DNA from: a virus
Taxonomy: Duplodnaviria; Caudoviricetes
Length of the DNA: 64,000 nucleotides
Virus record (IMG/VR): IMGVR_UViG_3300043450_000376
Direction: 5' to 3' (one strand)
Part shown: piece after piece, positions 52,802-62,803 of the stretch
How positions within the stretch are numbered: the first letter of the stretch is position 1
Layout: every line of letters starts with the position of its first letter
Translations under genes and position numbers: made by a program
The notes under the pieces: model-generated
Told to the model about the DNA's origin: nothing
The model's database searches: none
The model's input: the letters and a program-made list of their open reading frames with translations, nothing else

Positions 52802-52866
52802 TTAGAGCCTCTCCTTGTTCGCCTCGGGTTAATAGCCCTTGAATGATCGCATGGTCATAAAGAGGT
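52802..52866 (+). promoter_or_regulatory. structured 5' leader (three-way junction) complementary to the 3' UTR at 53685-53701
   Basis: TTAGAGCCTCTC-CT-TGTTC pairs with GAACA-GAGAGGCTCTAA. Confidence 0.6.
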
Positions 52867-52887
52867 AAGCAAAAATATAAATCTAAA

Positions 52888-53679
52888 ATGTATACACTAC
52901 AAGAACAAAAGCGTTGTTCGGTGAATATCACCAGCAACAAAAACCGTATTAAACAATACGAAGACTCTGTCTACCTAAATGACGGACAACAATTTGAACT
53001 GGAAATTTTTAATCCCCATCAGTTCAAAGTACTAGCAAAAATTTCAATTAACAGTAAAGAGATTTCTCAAGCTGGTCTAGTTATTAGACCCGGCCAAAGA
53101 ATTTACCTTGAGCGTTATCTTGATGTTGCTAAAAAATTTAAGTTTGAAACATATGAAGTTGAAGACTCTACAGAATCCAAAGAAGCTATTGCTAAAAATG
53201 GACAAGTTAAAGTTGAATTTTTCTATGAGCTGAACTTAAGAGGAAATTACTGGTATGGTAATTCAATGACAATTAATTCAAATAATTGGGCTGGAACAAC
53301 TATAACTACTAATACTCCAAGTATCTATTGTACAGGAACCAGTACAGGTTCGCTTGGCTCAGGTATAAGTTATACTAGCTCAAGTGCAGTAGGTAATTTA
53401 AGTTATGGTGGAACCACTCTCAACAATGTTTCAATGCCAGTAGCTGGATCAATTGAAACAGGTAGAATTGAAAAGGGTTCTAATTCAAAACAAAAATTCT
53501 CTGAAGAAAACGGATCTTATAATTGGTGGGTTAACGAAACTTTAATTATAAAACTCCTACCACTTTCAAAAAAACCATTAGAAGTTGCTGAGATACGTAA
53601 CTACTGTGGCGGATGCGGCTCACGTATCAAAAAATCTAGTTGGAAGTTTTGCCCTAGTTGCGGCGAATCTTTAGACTAA
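52888..53679 (+). CDS. hypothetical protein with C-terminal zinc ribbon
   Basis: CGGCG...FCPSCG; Ser/Thr/Gly-rich middle. Confidence 0.8.
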   Translation: MYTLQEQKRCSVNITSNKNRIKQYEDSVYLNDGQQFELEIFNPHQFKVLAKISINSKEISQAGLVIRPGQRIYLERYLDVAKKFKFETYEVEDSTESKEAIAKNGQVKVEFFYELNLRGNYWYGNSMTINSNNWAGTTITTNTPSIYCTGTSTGSLGSGISYTSSSAVGNLSYGGTTLNNVSMPVAGSIETGRIEKGSNSKQKFSEENGSYNWWVNETLIIKLLPLSKKPLEVAEIRNYCGGCGSRIKKSSWKFCPSCGESLD

Positions 53680-53741
53680 AATAAGAACAGAGAGGCTCTA
53701 ACTCAATTCTTTTTAGTATAATAACTCTATACACAATAAAG

Positions 53742-54083
53742 ATGGAAAATTTATTAAATGAAGCACTAGGCTTTTCGGGTCGAATGATTTCGGCAAGCAA
53801 GAGCGGTTATCGAGATCGCAACCCAAACAACTTTGCAATATTTAATGCAAACGTATGCACTGACGCTGGAAAACTTTGGTGGGGAGATATTGATCTTACC
53901 CTTAGCAAAGATGCACTTATTCAAGCGGCAGTCGCTGAAGGTCAAACTATCTATGTTCTATATGAAATGGATGGTAGATTTGAAAATGAAGACTCTCCTA
54001 AAATACATGAGGCAGTGGTTCGATTTTTACCAGACGGCACAGTTAAAATACGAGAAGACCTGCAACAATATTACACACTTTAA
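53742..54083 (+). CDS. phage hypothetical protein
   Basis: MISASKSGY...IFNANV...WWGDID. Confidence 0.75.
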   Translation: MENLLNEALGFSGRMISASKSGYRDRNPNNFAIFNANVCTDAGKLWWGDIDLTLSKDALIQAAVAEGQTIYVLYEMDGRFENEDSPKIHEAVVRFLPDGTVKIREDLQQYYTL

Positions 54084-54088
54084 AAAAT

Positions 54089-54565
54089 ATGAAACTATAC
54101 TTACTTAGAGGATTACCAGGAAGTGGTAAATCAACCCTAGCCAAAGAATTAGGCGGCAGGCACTATGAAGCAGATATGTTCTTTGTAGATAAGGATTCTA
54201 ATTATAACTTTGATGCAACTAAATTGAGTGAAGCTCATGCTTGGTGTCGTCATTCAGTAATGGCAGAAATGAAAGCTGGCGAACCTATTATTGTAGTATC
54301 AAATACCTTTACTCAAGCTTGGGAAATGTCAGCCTACTTTGATTTGGCTGAAGAACTTGGATATCAAGTATTTTCTCTAATAGTTGAAAATCGTCATGGC
54401 GGTAAAAATTTACATGGCGTACCCGATGATAAGTTGGAACAAATGAAAAATAGATTTGAATTACAACTACTTCCAGTAAAAGAAATTAAAATGGAAGATG
54501 TATTCAATGATGAGAAAAAAGAAGATCTTAAAAAATTTATAAACGAACACAAAAATGGAAAATAA
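54089..54565 (+). CDS. AAA_33 P-loop polynucleotide-kinase-like protein
   Basis: LRGLPGSGKST, VSNTF, HGVP. Confidence 0.88.
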   Translation: MKLYLLRGLPGSGKSTLAKELGGRHYEADMFFVDKDSNYNFDATKLSEAHAWCRHSVMAEMKAGEPIIVVSNTFTQAWEMSAYFDLAEELGYQVFSLIVENRHGGKNLHGVPDDKLEQMKNRFELQLLPVKEIKMEDVFNDEKKEDLKKFINEHKNGK

Positions 54566-55682
54566 TAATTCAGTGTGCTTTGTTGCAACAGTTAAGGAAA
54601 TTAAACCAATTGAAGGTGCTGATAAAATTGAATTAGCTGTAGTTGGTGGATGGAACTGCATTGTGCAAAAAGGTCAATATAAAGTTGATGATTGGGTAGT
54701 TACTGCAACAACCGATGCAGTAATTCCAATTAAGCTTTCTGATGAACTTAATGTTACAAACTATCTTAGAAAAGGTGGTAGGGTCCGTACTGTAAAATTA
54801 CGTGGTGTTTATTCTGAATGTCTAGTGATTCCGTTAAAGCATATTCCATTCATGGAAAACTACTATGAAGGTAAGGACATGATGTATGCAATGGATATTT
54901 GGAAATACGAACCTCCAGTTAAACAGGTTCAATTGGCTAGCGGTAAAAAGATTAGGTATTCCGAAAATCCAAACTTTCATATCTACTATAAATTTCCAAA
55001 TGCAAAAAATGTACCAGGAATGTTTACCGAAGAAGATTGGGTTGAGATTTCTCGTAAGATCCATGGTACTAATGCAAGATACGGTATTGTAAAGAAAAAC
55101 AAACTTTCCTTATTTGATAAAGTAAAGAAATTATTTGGTGTTAAATGGGTCGATTATGAATTTGTAGCAGGTTCACACAATGTTGAAAAGGGTTCTGACT
55201 CTCAGGGTTTCTATGATACTAATGTGTGGTATGATGTTGCCGATAAATATAACATTAAGGAAGTTTTATGGAAGTTTGCCAAGGACACCGAAAGATTCCC
55301 AGACGGTATTGGTATAGGCGTAGTTTTATACGGCGAAATTTATGGAGCAGGTATTCAAAAGAACTATGATTATGGACTAAAGGAAATTGAATTTGCAGGG
55401 TTTGACTTGGAAATCAATGGCAAATACTGTTCAACTGATGAATCTTTTAATTTTGTTGGAATTGAAATGGATTTACCTTATGTTGATGTGTTATATGTTG
55501 GAGAGTGGAATAAAGAAATTGAAGATATGTATGTCTTTAAGAATTTTATCCCTGGAACTAAAGTGCCACACGAAGGAGTTGTTGTAAAACACCACACCGG
55601 TGATCGTCATAAAGTTGCAAAGGTAATTAATCCAGACTACTTAATATATGCAGAAAACTGGGAAGTTGGTGACAGCCATTAA
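54555..55682 (+). CDS. ATP-dependent RNA ligase, DRB0094/Rnl2-like, with N-terminal OB domain
   Basis: IEGADKIE; motif I KIHGTN; YGEIYG; FDL; EGVV; KVIN. Confidence 0.88.
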   Translation: MENNNSVCFVATVKEIKPIEGADKIELAVVGGWNCIVQKGQYKVDDWVVTATTDAVIPIKLSDELNVTNYLRKGGRVRTVKLRGVYSECLVIPLKHIPFMENYYEGKDMMYAMDIWKYEPPVKQVQLASGKKIRYSENPNFHIYYKFPNAKNVPGMFTEEDWVEISRKIHGTNARYGIVKKNKLSLFDKVKKLFGVKWVDYEFVAGSHNVEKGSDSQGFYDTNVWYDVADKYNIKEVLWKFAKDTERFPDGIGIGVVLYGEIYGAGIQKNYDYGLKEIEFAGFDLEINGKYCSTDESFNFVGIEMDLPYVDVLYVGEWNKEIEDMYVFKNFIPGTKVPHEGVVVKHHTGDRHKVAKVINPDYLIYAENWEVGDSH

Positions 55683-55807
55683 CAAAATAATTGGGTATAA
55701 TATTATTATGAAAAACACATTTAATAGAAAGGATGCGATCATATATTTGATCATAGCTCTTTGGTTAGGTGGAATTATTTGGGGAATCGCATATTCAAGC
55801 TAATTAT

Positions 55808-56137
55808 ATGAATCTATACATTTATCCTGGCGTTAGACAAGTAGAAGACGCCCAATTTTTAGTAGTAACCGAAGAAGGAGAAGTTCTCTATTCTCACATT
55901 TGTTCAAGTTATCTCTTTGCAAAAGGAGATTTAGTTGATAACAAGCCTGACCGAATAGATGAGCTTAACCAAAAGTATGGCGATGGTGGATGGACTCTAA
56001 GATTTATCGACGAAGAGGGTCAACTCGATATTACAGATGACCAGTTGTGGGAGCGTAATCAAGCATTCTATAAACCAAGTGCACCACCAATCGAGGGTCC
56101 TCTATCAGAGGATGCAGACTGTGGTTGCGGCCAATAA
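55808..56137 (+). CDS. hypothetical protein
   Basis: Internal ATG of ORF-track entry 55769-56137. Confidence 0.65.
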   Translation: MNLYIYPGVRQVEDAQFLVVTEEGEVLYSHICSSYLFAKGDLVDNKPDRIDELNQKYGDGGWTLRFIDEEGQLDITDDQLWERNQAFYKPSAPPIEGPLSEDADCGCGQ

Positions 56138-56143
56138 TTTAAT

Positions 56144-56383
56144 ATGAATCCAGCAAATTTAAAACGATATATGCAAGTAAGTAGAACGGTAAAGGTATCT
56201 GATCAATTCAGAACAAATAATTTAAGCTTGACTCCAGGTGGGTCTGAAATTTCAATTACACTTAACACTGGACAAACCTTAGTTTACGATAAGATTAAGA
56301 GTCCCAAGAAATATATTCAAAGTCTATCTAACTACAAGGATATTGTTGCAGTTACAGTAAATGGCGAACCTTTTAATTTTTAA
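56144..56383 (+). CDS. hypothetical protein
   Basis: ORF track. Confidence 0.7.
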   Translation: MNPANLKRYMQVSRTVKVSDQFRTNNLSLTPGGSEISITLNTGQTLVYDKIKSPKKYIQSLSNYKDIVAVTVNGEPFNF

Positions 56384-56386
56384 GAA

Positions 56387-56650
56387 ATGAAAACATTTGA
56401 AGATTTAGAATTTAAAGATCACCCAAACCATGAGGGTGGCGTGCATGCCAAAATCAAATTTAGTAATGGATTTGGCGCAAGTATAGTTAAAAGCCCGTAT
56501 TCGTATGGTGGAAAAAACGGGCTATACGAATTGGCAGTATTTGGACAAGACGGAGATATTACCTATGATACTCCAATTACTAGTGATGTATTAGGTTATT
56601 TATGTGAAGCTGAAGTAACCGCAACCCTAGCTCAAATTCAAGCTCTATAA
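56387..56650 (+). CDS. phage hypothetical protein
   Basis: FSNGFGAS...SYGG..GLYELA...TPITSDVLGYL. Confidence 0.78.
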   Translation: MKTFEDLEFKDHPNHEGGVHAKIKFSNGFGASIVKSPYSYGGKNGLYELAVFGQDGDITYDTPITSDVLGYLCEAEVTATLAQIQAL

Positions 56651-56651
56651 T

Positions 56652-56939
56652 ATGGCAAAGAAGAAATCTCCAGAAGAAGTAGCACAGGTTCTCATTGATA
56701 AAATGTTTGAGCTAGCCGGTCATGAAGTTAAATACGCAGATATCGTTGAGCGCAAAGACAATTGGTTTTGGGATTGGACTATGACAATGGAACAGCGAAA
56801 TCAATGGATGGAATGGGGTGTTGACTACTTACGTAAAAACAATAGATATACAACCAAAAAGCAGGCTGAGATCAATATGAGCTGGGTTGATATGCAATGG
56901 GGTCTTAAAGTATCAGATTATGAGCACGCTAACAATTAA
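56652..56939 (+). CDS. hypothetical protein
   Basis: ORF track. Confidence 0.7.
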   Translation: MAKKKSPEEVAQVLIDKMFELAGHEVKYADIVERKDNWFWDWTMTMEQRNQWMEWGVDYLRKNNRYTTKKQAEINMSWVDMQWGLKVSDYEHANN

Positions 56940-57228
56940 TACAGATTCAAGTCACTTGACCATGCAAGGTTCAGGTAAAGTTACTATTAAGAGTAGTATT
57001 AAGATTGCTGGCAGCGGGACTCATTTACCAATTGAGTGTACTGCAGATTTTAGTACTATTCCAACTCATTTGCACCAAGTATATTTTGATGCATTTAAGT
57101 ATCAATACAATAGCCAAGTAAATGTTCATAATAATACTGAGCCTTTAACAATCAAAGAACAAAAAAGTGAATGGCGCTTGAATAGGATAACTAATATTAT
57201 TCTTAATGCAATTAAATCAAAGAGGTAA
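56920..57228 (+). CDS. hypothetical protein
   Basis: Internal ATG of ORF-track entry 56887-57228. Confidence 0.6.
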   Translation: MSTLTINTDSSHLTMQGSGKVTIKSSIKIAGSGTHLPIECTADFSTIPTHLHQVYFDAFKYQYNSQVNVHNNTEPLTIKEQKSEWRLNRITNIILNAIKSKR

Positions 57229-57461
57229 TGAGCAGATACACCAAAAAACTGGATAGTGGACAAACTATCATATACGGCTGGGACCATGCGCTTGGATATT
57301 TTTATGATGTCTGGGAAAATTATGGTACCAAAGAAGAAAAATGTATTAAGGATCGATGTTCCCTCTTCGGCATGTCTAAAAATGAATTAGTTGCTGCAAT
57401 TAGCGAAATCAAGGCAAATCCAAATTTTATGCAAGCCCTTGCATTGGACCTGCCAGATTAA
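57228..57461 (+). CDS. hypothetical protein
   Basis: YGWDHALGYF. Confidence 0.65.
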   Translation: MSRYTKKLDSGQTIIYGWDHALGYFYDVWENYGTKEEKCIKDRCSLFGMSKNELVAAISEIKANPNFMQALALDLPD

Positions 57462-57547
57462 TTTAATGTTATTTTTAAAGAAATCTCACATTTTTAAAAA
57501 CTTATAGTGGACTTGTTGTTAAATAACTAAAATTAACAACTGTTATT

Positions 57548-57784
57548 ATGTCTATACTACTAAAATCACCAATTACCATTGACGATACCTATATCGGCAA
57601 AAGTTTTACTATGGTAAATTCTAGAGGTGAAGAGGTAGAAGACACTGTCAAAGAGTTTGTAACTATTTGGATGGCAAAAACTCATAGGAAAACCAACACT
57701 AGAGTTTATCGACCGCAGTTAACAGTTAAAAGCCCCAGTGAAAAACTCTATCCACTGGCTGAGATCTATTTTCATCTCGATTAA
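57548..57784 (+). CDS. hypothetical protein
   Basis: ORF track. Confidence 0.65.
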   Translation: MSILLKSPITIDDTYIGKSFTMVNSRGEEVEDTVKEFVTIWMAKTHRKTNTRVYRPQLTVKSPSEKLYPLAEIYFHLD

Positions 57785-57845
57785 TCCATTTCTTATTTAG
57801 TAGTATAAGACCATTGTAGCTAAGACACAAAATAATCTAAAAACA

Positions 57846-58148
57846 ATGGAATTAACTTCATTCGCTTTAGGTATGCTAACGATGGTTGCTATTGCATTTG
57901 CAGTAGTAGTTGTTATTGGTTTGCTTAAGGTTAACAGACAAGCAAAGCAGATTGAAAATCTGCACCAAGGAATCGATCAAATGAATCGAAATTTTCAACA
58001 AGATCTTCAAATATGGAGAACAGATTTAGAGTTAGAATTAAAGAGAGTCGAATTAGAGTGCAAATCCTACACTGATTCAAGACTTGATAAAAAATTAGGA
58101 TTGACAGGTTCAAAGTCACAAACAGAGAATACGCTAATTACTAGTTAA
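57846..58148 (+). CDS. N-terminally anchored coiled-coil protein
   Basis: TM helix followed by coiled coil. Confidence 0.7.
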   Translation: MELTSFALGMLTMVAIAFAVVVVIGLLKVNRQAKQIENLHQGIDQMNRNFQQDLQIWRTDLELELKRVELECKSYTDSRLDKKLGLTGSKSQTENTLITS

Positions 58149-58171
58149 TTAGTATATTAGTCTTAGCTACT

Positions 58172-58246
58172 CGGGATGTAGCGTAGCTCGGTTATCGCGC
58201 CTGCTTTGGGAGCAGGAGGTCGCAAGTTCGAATCTTGCCATCCCGA
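58172..58246 (+). tRNA. tRNA-Pro(TGG)
   Basis: Loop TTTGGGA. Confidence 0.95.
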
Positions 58247-58274
58247 CAAATATAGTTTTTAATAAAATTGTTAA

Positions 58275-58478
58275 ATGAGTAAAGTTGATTTAATAGAAGA
58301 GGATCTTTGGGATCACTATAGCGGATTACCGAATCCATCTTGGTATCAATATAAAAAGAAGCTAACTGATGAGAAAACTGATACAAATAATAGTACTGAT
58401 TTGGGAAATTCTAAAGAAACACCTCAGCCGCAAACGGAAAAGCATATGGAATTTATAAACAAGAACCAATTAAAGTAA
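58275..58478 (+). CDS. hypothetical protein
   Basis: DLWDHYSGLPNP motif. Confidence 0.6.
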   Translation: MSKVDLIEEDLWDHYSGLPNPSWYQYKKKLTDEKTDTNNSTDLGNSKETPQPQTEKHMEFINKNQLK

Positions 58479-58479
58479 A

Positions 58480-59073
58480 ATGAATAATTTAATAATAATA
58501 GCGCACCCTAACCGCAAATCTTTTTGCTATAATGGAATTTTTAAAACAATTGAAAATACCCTAATTAAAAACAATGAATCTGTCAAAGTATTAGATCTGT
58601 ACAATGACGATTACGCAAGACCAAGAACCGATTTGATACAATCATATAAAGAAGCGGTAACATGGTCAGACCGAATTTATATTATTTCTCCGGTATGGTG
58701 GTTTAGATTAACTCCAAGAATGGAAACTTTCTTCGATGAAGTATTTACACCAGGATTTGCATATAACTTTGTACCCTTAACTAAATTATACGGCTATCCA
58801 AAGCCACTATTAAGTGATAAAAAAGTTAGAACTTATTTAACACATGGAGCTCCGGCACTACCAGTTCAAACCCTATATTTAAACTCTGTTAAACTAAGAT
58901 TAGTTATGGGAGTTTATTCATTTGTCTTTGGTTGGTTTAAAACAAAAACCAGACAATTTTGGAGCGTACCTTTTGTATCTCAAGAAAAAAGAATAAAGTA
59001 TTTAAGAAGAGTAGAAAAAGATGTTAACTGCGATTTAGGCTGGAATACTCACGGATATTTTTATAAAAAATAG
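58480..59073 (+). CDS. NAD(P)H dehydrogenase (quinone), flavodoxin-like fold
   Basis: IIAHPNRKSF, DLY, SPVWWF..TP, FDEVF.PGFAY. Confidence 0.88.
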   Translation: MNNLIIIAHPNRKSFCYNGIFKTIENTLIKNNESVKVLDLYNDDYARPRTDLIQSYKEAVTWSDRIYIISPVWWFRLTPRMETFFDEVFTPGFAYNFVPLTKLYGYPKPLLSDKKVRTYLTHGAPALPVQTLYLNSVKLRLVMGVYSFVFGWFKTKTRQFWSVPFVSQEKRIKYLRRVEKDVNCDLGWNTHGYFYKK

Positions 59074-59086
59074 GTATATTATAATT

Positions 59087-59272
59087 ATGAAGAAGATCAG
59101 TAAGTTTTTTGTTTGGGCACAGTTAATTATCAACTTGTTATTAATGGTTGTATTATGCTTTGCCGCATTTGATAAAACAATCCTAGATGTGATTGATGTC
59201 AGATGGTGGACCCTTTTTATTTTAGTTAATTTGTACAGCGATAAGTTATACAAGGAATTAGATAAAGAATAA
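59087..59272 (+). CDS. small membrane protein
   Basis: Two hydrophobic segments. Confidence 0.55.
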   Translation: MKKISKFFVWAQLIINLLLMVVLCFAAFDKTILDVIDVRWWTLFILVNLYSDKLYKELDKE

Positions 59273-59280
59273 TAAAACGC

Positions 59281-59355
59281 GGTCCTGTAGTTCAACGGAT
59301 AGAACAACTGCCTTCTAAGCAGTGGATCCAAGTTCGATTCTTGGCGGGACTACCA
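59281..59355 (+). tRNA. tRNA-Arg(TCT)
   Basis: Loop CTTCTAA, encoded CCA. Confidence 0.95.
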
Positions 59356-59367
59356 CAAAATTTAAAT

Positions 59368-59628
59368 ATGAAAAAAGTATATTTTATAATTGGAACAATT
59401 TTTACACTAGCTGCACTTGGCTGTGAATCGCCTAAGGTTGCTGAAGTTATTGAAAAGGATTGTGTTATAACGGAAGTTGAATACTTCCAAATTGGACAAA
59501 AGCATACATTACAGCTTGATCCTGAATGGAGAGTCAAAACTGACTGTGGAACAACCTATACTATGCGAAAGGCAATGCGAGTAGGTGATACTGTTCAGAT
59601 TAAAATTGTAAAGTATAAGAAACATTAG
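59368..59628 (+). CDS. small lipoprotein
   Basis: Lipobox ALGC after the internal ATG. Confidence 0.65.
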   Translation: MKKVYFIIGTIFTLAALGCESPKVAEVIEKDCVITEVEYFQIGQKHTLQLDPEWRVKTDCGTTYTMRKAMRVGDTVQIKIVKYKKH

Positions 59629-59651
59629 TATAATAAATTAAAATCAATACA

Positions 59652-59861
59652 ATGAAAGCACATTTAGCAAATATGCTGAAATCCGCAGCTGAAGCAGATA
59701 GACAAAGGGCTCTTTTAACTCTTGAACTATTAAGTAATCATGCAGTAGGAATTGGCGACCATTCGACTGGAGATTTCTATAAAAATGCTGAAGAAGCTAT
59801 TACAATGTTAGTAGATGCAGACGATCGCATCGCTGCCGTTGAAAAGTATCTAAGTAAGTAA
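59652..59861 (+). CDS. phage hypothetical protein
   Basis: VGIGDH motif. Confidence 0.72.
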   Translation: MKAHLANMLKSAAEADRQRALLTLELLSNHAVGIGDHSTGDFYKNAEEAITMLVDADDRIAAVEKYLSK

Positions 59862-59870
59862 TAAATCCAA

Positions 59871-59955
59871 GCCCTTTTGGTGGAATTGGTAGACACGCTA
59901 GACTTAGGATCTAGTGCCGCAGGGTGTGAGAGTTCGAGTCTCTCAGAGGGTACCA
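59871..59955 (+). tRNA. tRNA-Leu(TAG)
   Basis: Loop CTTAGGA, long variable arm, encoded CCA. Confidence 0.95.
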
Positions 59956-59956
59956 C

Positions 59957-59983
59957 AGGACTGAAGCAATTCAGTCCTTTTTT
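59957..59983 (+). terminator. intrinsic terminator
   Basis: AGGACTGAA-GCAA-TTCAGTCCT plus T-run. Confidence 0.88.
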
Positions 59984-59988
59984 CGTTT

Positions 59989-59997
59989 AGATAAATA
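59989..59997 (+). promoter_or_regulatory. class III promoter AGATAAATA
   Basis: Directly after a terminator, 6 nt before the ATG. Confidence 0.65.
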
Positions 59998-60002
59998 ACC
60001 TT

Positions 60003-60383
60003 ATGAAGAATCAAGTTAAACAGTTTAGCGAATTTATCAATGAGGCTAAAGCACCTACTGACAATCTCAAAAAGAAATTTATTGAGTTTGACGAGTCCCG
60101 ATTAATGGGAGCAACTAAAATTGCAGAAAATGCAAAGGAACGCGGCGGTAACGCAATGTTAACGTATAACCACTTTGTTGTTAAGTTACCATATTACAAA
60201 AAAGCAAAAAAGGGCTGGACGGTTGAAGATCGCGACTCTGCAATAAAAGAATACAATACTTTAATTGATGAACTTGCCTCAACTAAAGACACTGTTAAAA
60301 TTAAGCAAACTGACTTTCAAAAGTTAGTTGGAAAAATCGAAGTTCTTGGAGAACTTATTATTAAGTACAATGAAATATATTAA
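60003..60383 (+). CDS. hypothetical protein with capsid-targeting N-terminus
   Basis: MKNQVKQFSEFINE. Confidence 0.72.
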   Translation: MKNQVKQFSEFINEAKAPTDNLKKKFIEFDESRLMGATKIAENAKERGGNAMLTYNHFVVKLPYYKKAKKGWTVEDRDSAIKEYNTLIDELASTKDTVKIKQTDFQKLVGKIEVLGELIIKYNEIY

Positions 60384-60927
60384 GCTATACGAAGATTTTG
60401 ATCTTGATAAATTTATGAAAGATCCTGAAGCAGAGTTTCAGAAAAACGAGGAAAATCCTGATATTGAGCCTGGTGACTATGTAACTAGTTATAGAGGACC
60501 TGGCCAAGTAATTGATATGGATGATGACTTTATTAAAATTGAACTATTGGATTCTAGCAAAAGGATTGTTAGAGTTCCAAAGGATCTTGTTACTAAAACT
60601 AAAAAGAAAGACGTTTACCAAGATAACAAATCGCACGCTGAAGAAATTGCAGAGATTGGCGAAGAGGTTAGACAGTATGCTGAAATTATTTCTCCAGATG
60701 GAGAGGATCCAATGAATGTCAATGTTGAAGCCATTGCAGGTTTTATTGAAGATACCCTAATTGATGTATTAAGTATGTACAAAAAGGATAAAAATGTTAC
60801 ATATCTTCCAGGTTATGATAGTATTGTAAATGGTATTGCACTAATTGCAGATATCGCTGAAACCGCTGATCCATCAATATCGGACAGAATACAAGCTGCT
60901 CTTGAAAAATTTTATGAATTGGGATAA
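60370..60927 (+). CDS. acidic hypothetical protein with capsid-targeting-like N-terminus
   Basis: MKYIKLYEDF (internal ATG of the track ORF). Confidence 0.7.
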   Translation: MKYIKLYEDFDLDKFMKDPEAEFQKNEENPDIEPGDYVTSYRGPGQVIDMDDDFIKIELLDSSKRIVRVPKDLVTKTKKKDVYQDNKSHAEEIAEIGEEVRQYAEIISPDGEDPMNVNVEAIAGFIEDTLIDVLSMYKKDKNVTYLPGYDSIVNGIALIADIAETADPSISDRIQAALEKFYELG

Positions 60928-60952
60928 TCTAATTAAATATAGAATGTATAAG

Positions 60953-60981
60953 AAAGAGCAGCTAATCACTGCTCTTTTTTT
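60953..60981 (+). terminator. intrinsic terminator
   Basis: AAAGAGCAG/CTGCTCTTT plus T-run. Confidence 0.85.
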
Positions 60982-61017
60982 GTATAATAGTATTAATCAA
61001 CACAAATAAACTATAGG

Positions 61018-61737
61018 ATGAGAATAACGTTAATTTCTGACACGCACACAAAACACCATGAGGTAACCAATGATTTACCGGGTGGAGACTTACTAATCCA
61101 TGCTGGAGATATCATGAATTCAGGACGTAATCCTGGTGATATTACCAGTTTCTGTAAATGGTTTGATGGACTAGATCAATATGACCATAAAATTTTTATT
61201 GCAGGTAATCATGACCGCATGTTTGAAGATTTTCCAGAGAAATCAATGGAAATTGTTAATTCTTATAAGTGGATTGATTATTTGCAAGATAGTACAATTG
61301 AAGTCGGAGATGATAATGAAACAGCTAAAATCTACGGTAGTCCTTGGCAACCAGAATTTCACAATTGGGCATTCAATCTTCCTCGTCAAGGAGAAGAGTT
61401 AGCTGCTAAATGGGCTGCAATTCCAACTAATACTGATATTTTAGTTACACACGGGCCAGCTCAAGGTCATTTAGATACAAGCGGTCCTCCATATAACGAA
61501 CCAAATTTAGGTTGTCCACTATTGAGAAATCATATCGATCAATCTAAAGTTAAACCTAAAATTCATGTATGTGGACATATTCACGGTGGATCTGGTTATA
61601 AGTTTGATGGAACCACTCACTGGTTTAATGTATCAATCCTAAATGAATACTATGAATATGTTAATAAACCGGTAACATTCGATTGGGACCCTATTACTAA
61701 TGAAATAACCTTTGTTAAATTTACAGATAATGAATAA
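61018..61737 (+). CDS. calcineurin-like metallophosphoesterase (MPPED/239FB-like)
   Basis: SDTH, HAGD, AGNHD, YGSPW, THGP, GHIH. Confidence 0.9.
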   Translation: MRITLISDTHTKHHEVTNDLPGGDLLIHAGDIMNSGRNPGDITSFCKWFDGLDQYDHKIFIAGNHDRMFEDFPEKSMEIVNSYKWIDYLQDSTIEVGDDNETAKIYGSPWQPEFHNWAFNLPRQGEELAAKWAAIPTNTDILVTHGPAQGHLDTSGPPYNEPNLGCPLLRNHIDQSKVKPKIHVCGHIHGGSGYKFDGTTHWFNVSILNEYYEYVNKPVTFDWDPITNEITFVKFTDNE

Positions 61738-62803
61738 GACTGCTCTTACATATGATGATATCCAATTGGTACCAGGTTATTCTGAAGTATCAAGTCGTCA
61801 AACTATTAAATTAGATACACTAGTGAGCCGTCGATATGGCTTGATGCGACCTCTAGTTGCTTCACCGATGGATACGGTATGCGAATTAGAAATGGCATTT
61901 AGGCTATTTCTCCTAGGCGGAGTTGGCTGTATTCACAGATTTATGTCAATTGAAGAGCAGGCCAATCAGGTTAAATTGTTGAGCTATAAAATATATGGTG
62001 ATGGATTCGGCGGTCCATATGAAGATTGGGGAATTATGTATGATGATTGGCACGCTGAAATTAAACAGGTTCCAATTATGGCGGCAATTGGTGTAATGGC
62101 AAGTGATATGGATAGAGCAAAGGCCCTAGTTGAAGCAGGCGCAAATATCCTCTTAATTGATGTTGCACACGGCCATCACATAAATGTAAAGGTCATGATC
62201 GAATGGTGTAAGGCAAATTTACCTGAACACGTTGATATTATTGCAGGAAATATTGCAACGGCCGAGGCAGCTCAAGACTTAGAATCATGGGGAGCAGACG
62301 GCTTACGAGTTGGAATTGGTGGAGGTTCTCTTTGCACAACCAGAATTAAGACTGGCTTTGGTATTCCAAACGTAACCTGTATCAGTGATATTGTTTCAGT
62401 TGCAAAAACTCCAGTAATGGCAGATGGCGGAATTAAAACAAGCGGCGATATTGCAAAAGCCCTAGCACTAGGAGCAAGTTCAGTAATGCTAGGTTCACTC
62501 TTAGCTGGAACACATGAGAGTCCTGGTCAAATTGTTGAAAAGTCAACTGGTTTGTATAAGAGATATAGAGGCGCAGCTTCTTTAGAAACTAAAACCGTTC
62601 ATGGTCAAGCTCAACGAAATGTTGAAGGCGAATCAACAATTATTCCATACAAAGGCGGAGTTAAATTTATAGTAGAGGGCCTTATTGATGGAGTTAAATC
62701 TGCTCTGTCCTATGCTGGAGCTGACTCTCTTGCAAAATACCACCCAAAATGGGTACAAATAACTAATGCTGGTCAAACAGAAGCAAAACCACACTTACTA
62801 TGA
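61730..62803 (+). CDS. IMP dehydrogenase / GMP reductase family, lacking CBS domains
   Basis: SPMDTV, IDVAHGH, RVGIGGGSLCTTR, ADGGI..SGD..KALA, YRGAAS, EG. Confidence 0.93.
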   Translation: MNKTALTYDDIQLVPGYSEVSSRQTIKLDTLVSRRYGLMRPLVASPMDTVCELEMAFRLFLLGGVGCIHRFMSIEEQANQVKLLSYKIYGDGFGGPYEDWGIMYDDWHAEIKQVPIMAAIGVMASDMDRAKALVEAGANILLIDVAHGHHINVKVMIEWCKANLPEHVDIIAGNIATAEAAQDLESWGADGLRVGIGGGSLCTTRIKTGFGIPNVTCISDIVSVAKTPVMADGGIKTSGDIAKALALGASSVMLGSLLAGTHESPGQIVEKSTGLYKRYRGAASLETKTVHGQAQRNVEGESTIIPYKGGVKFIVEGLIDGVKSALSYAGADSLAKYHPKWVQITNAGQTEAKPHLL

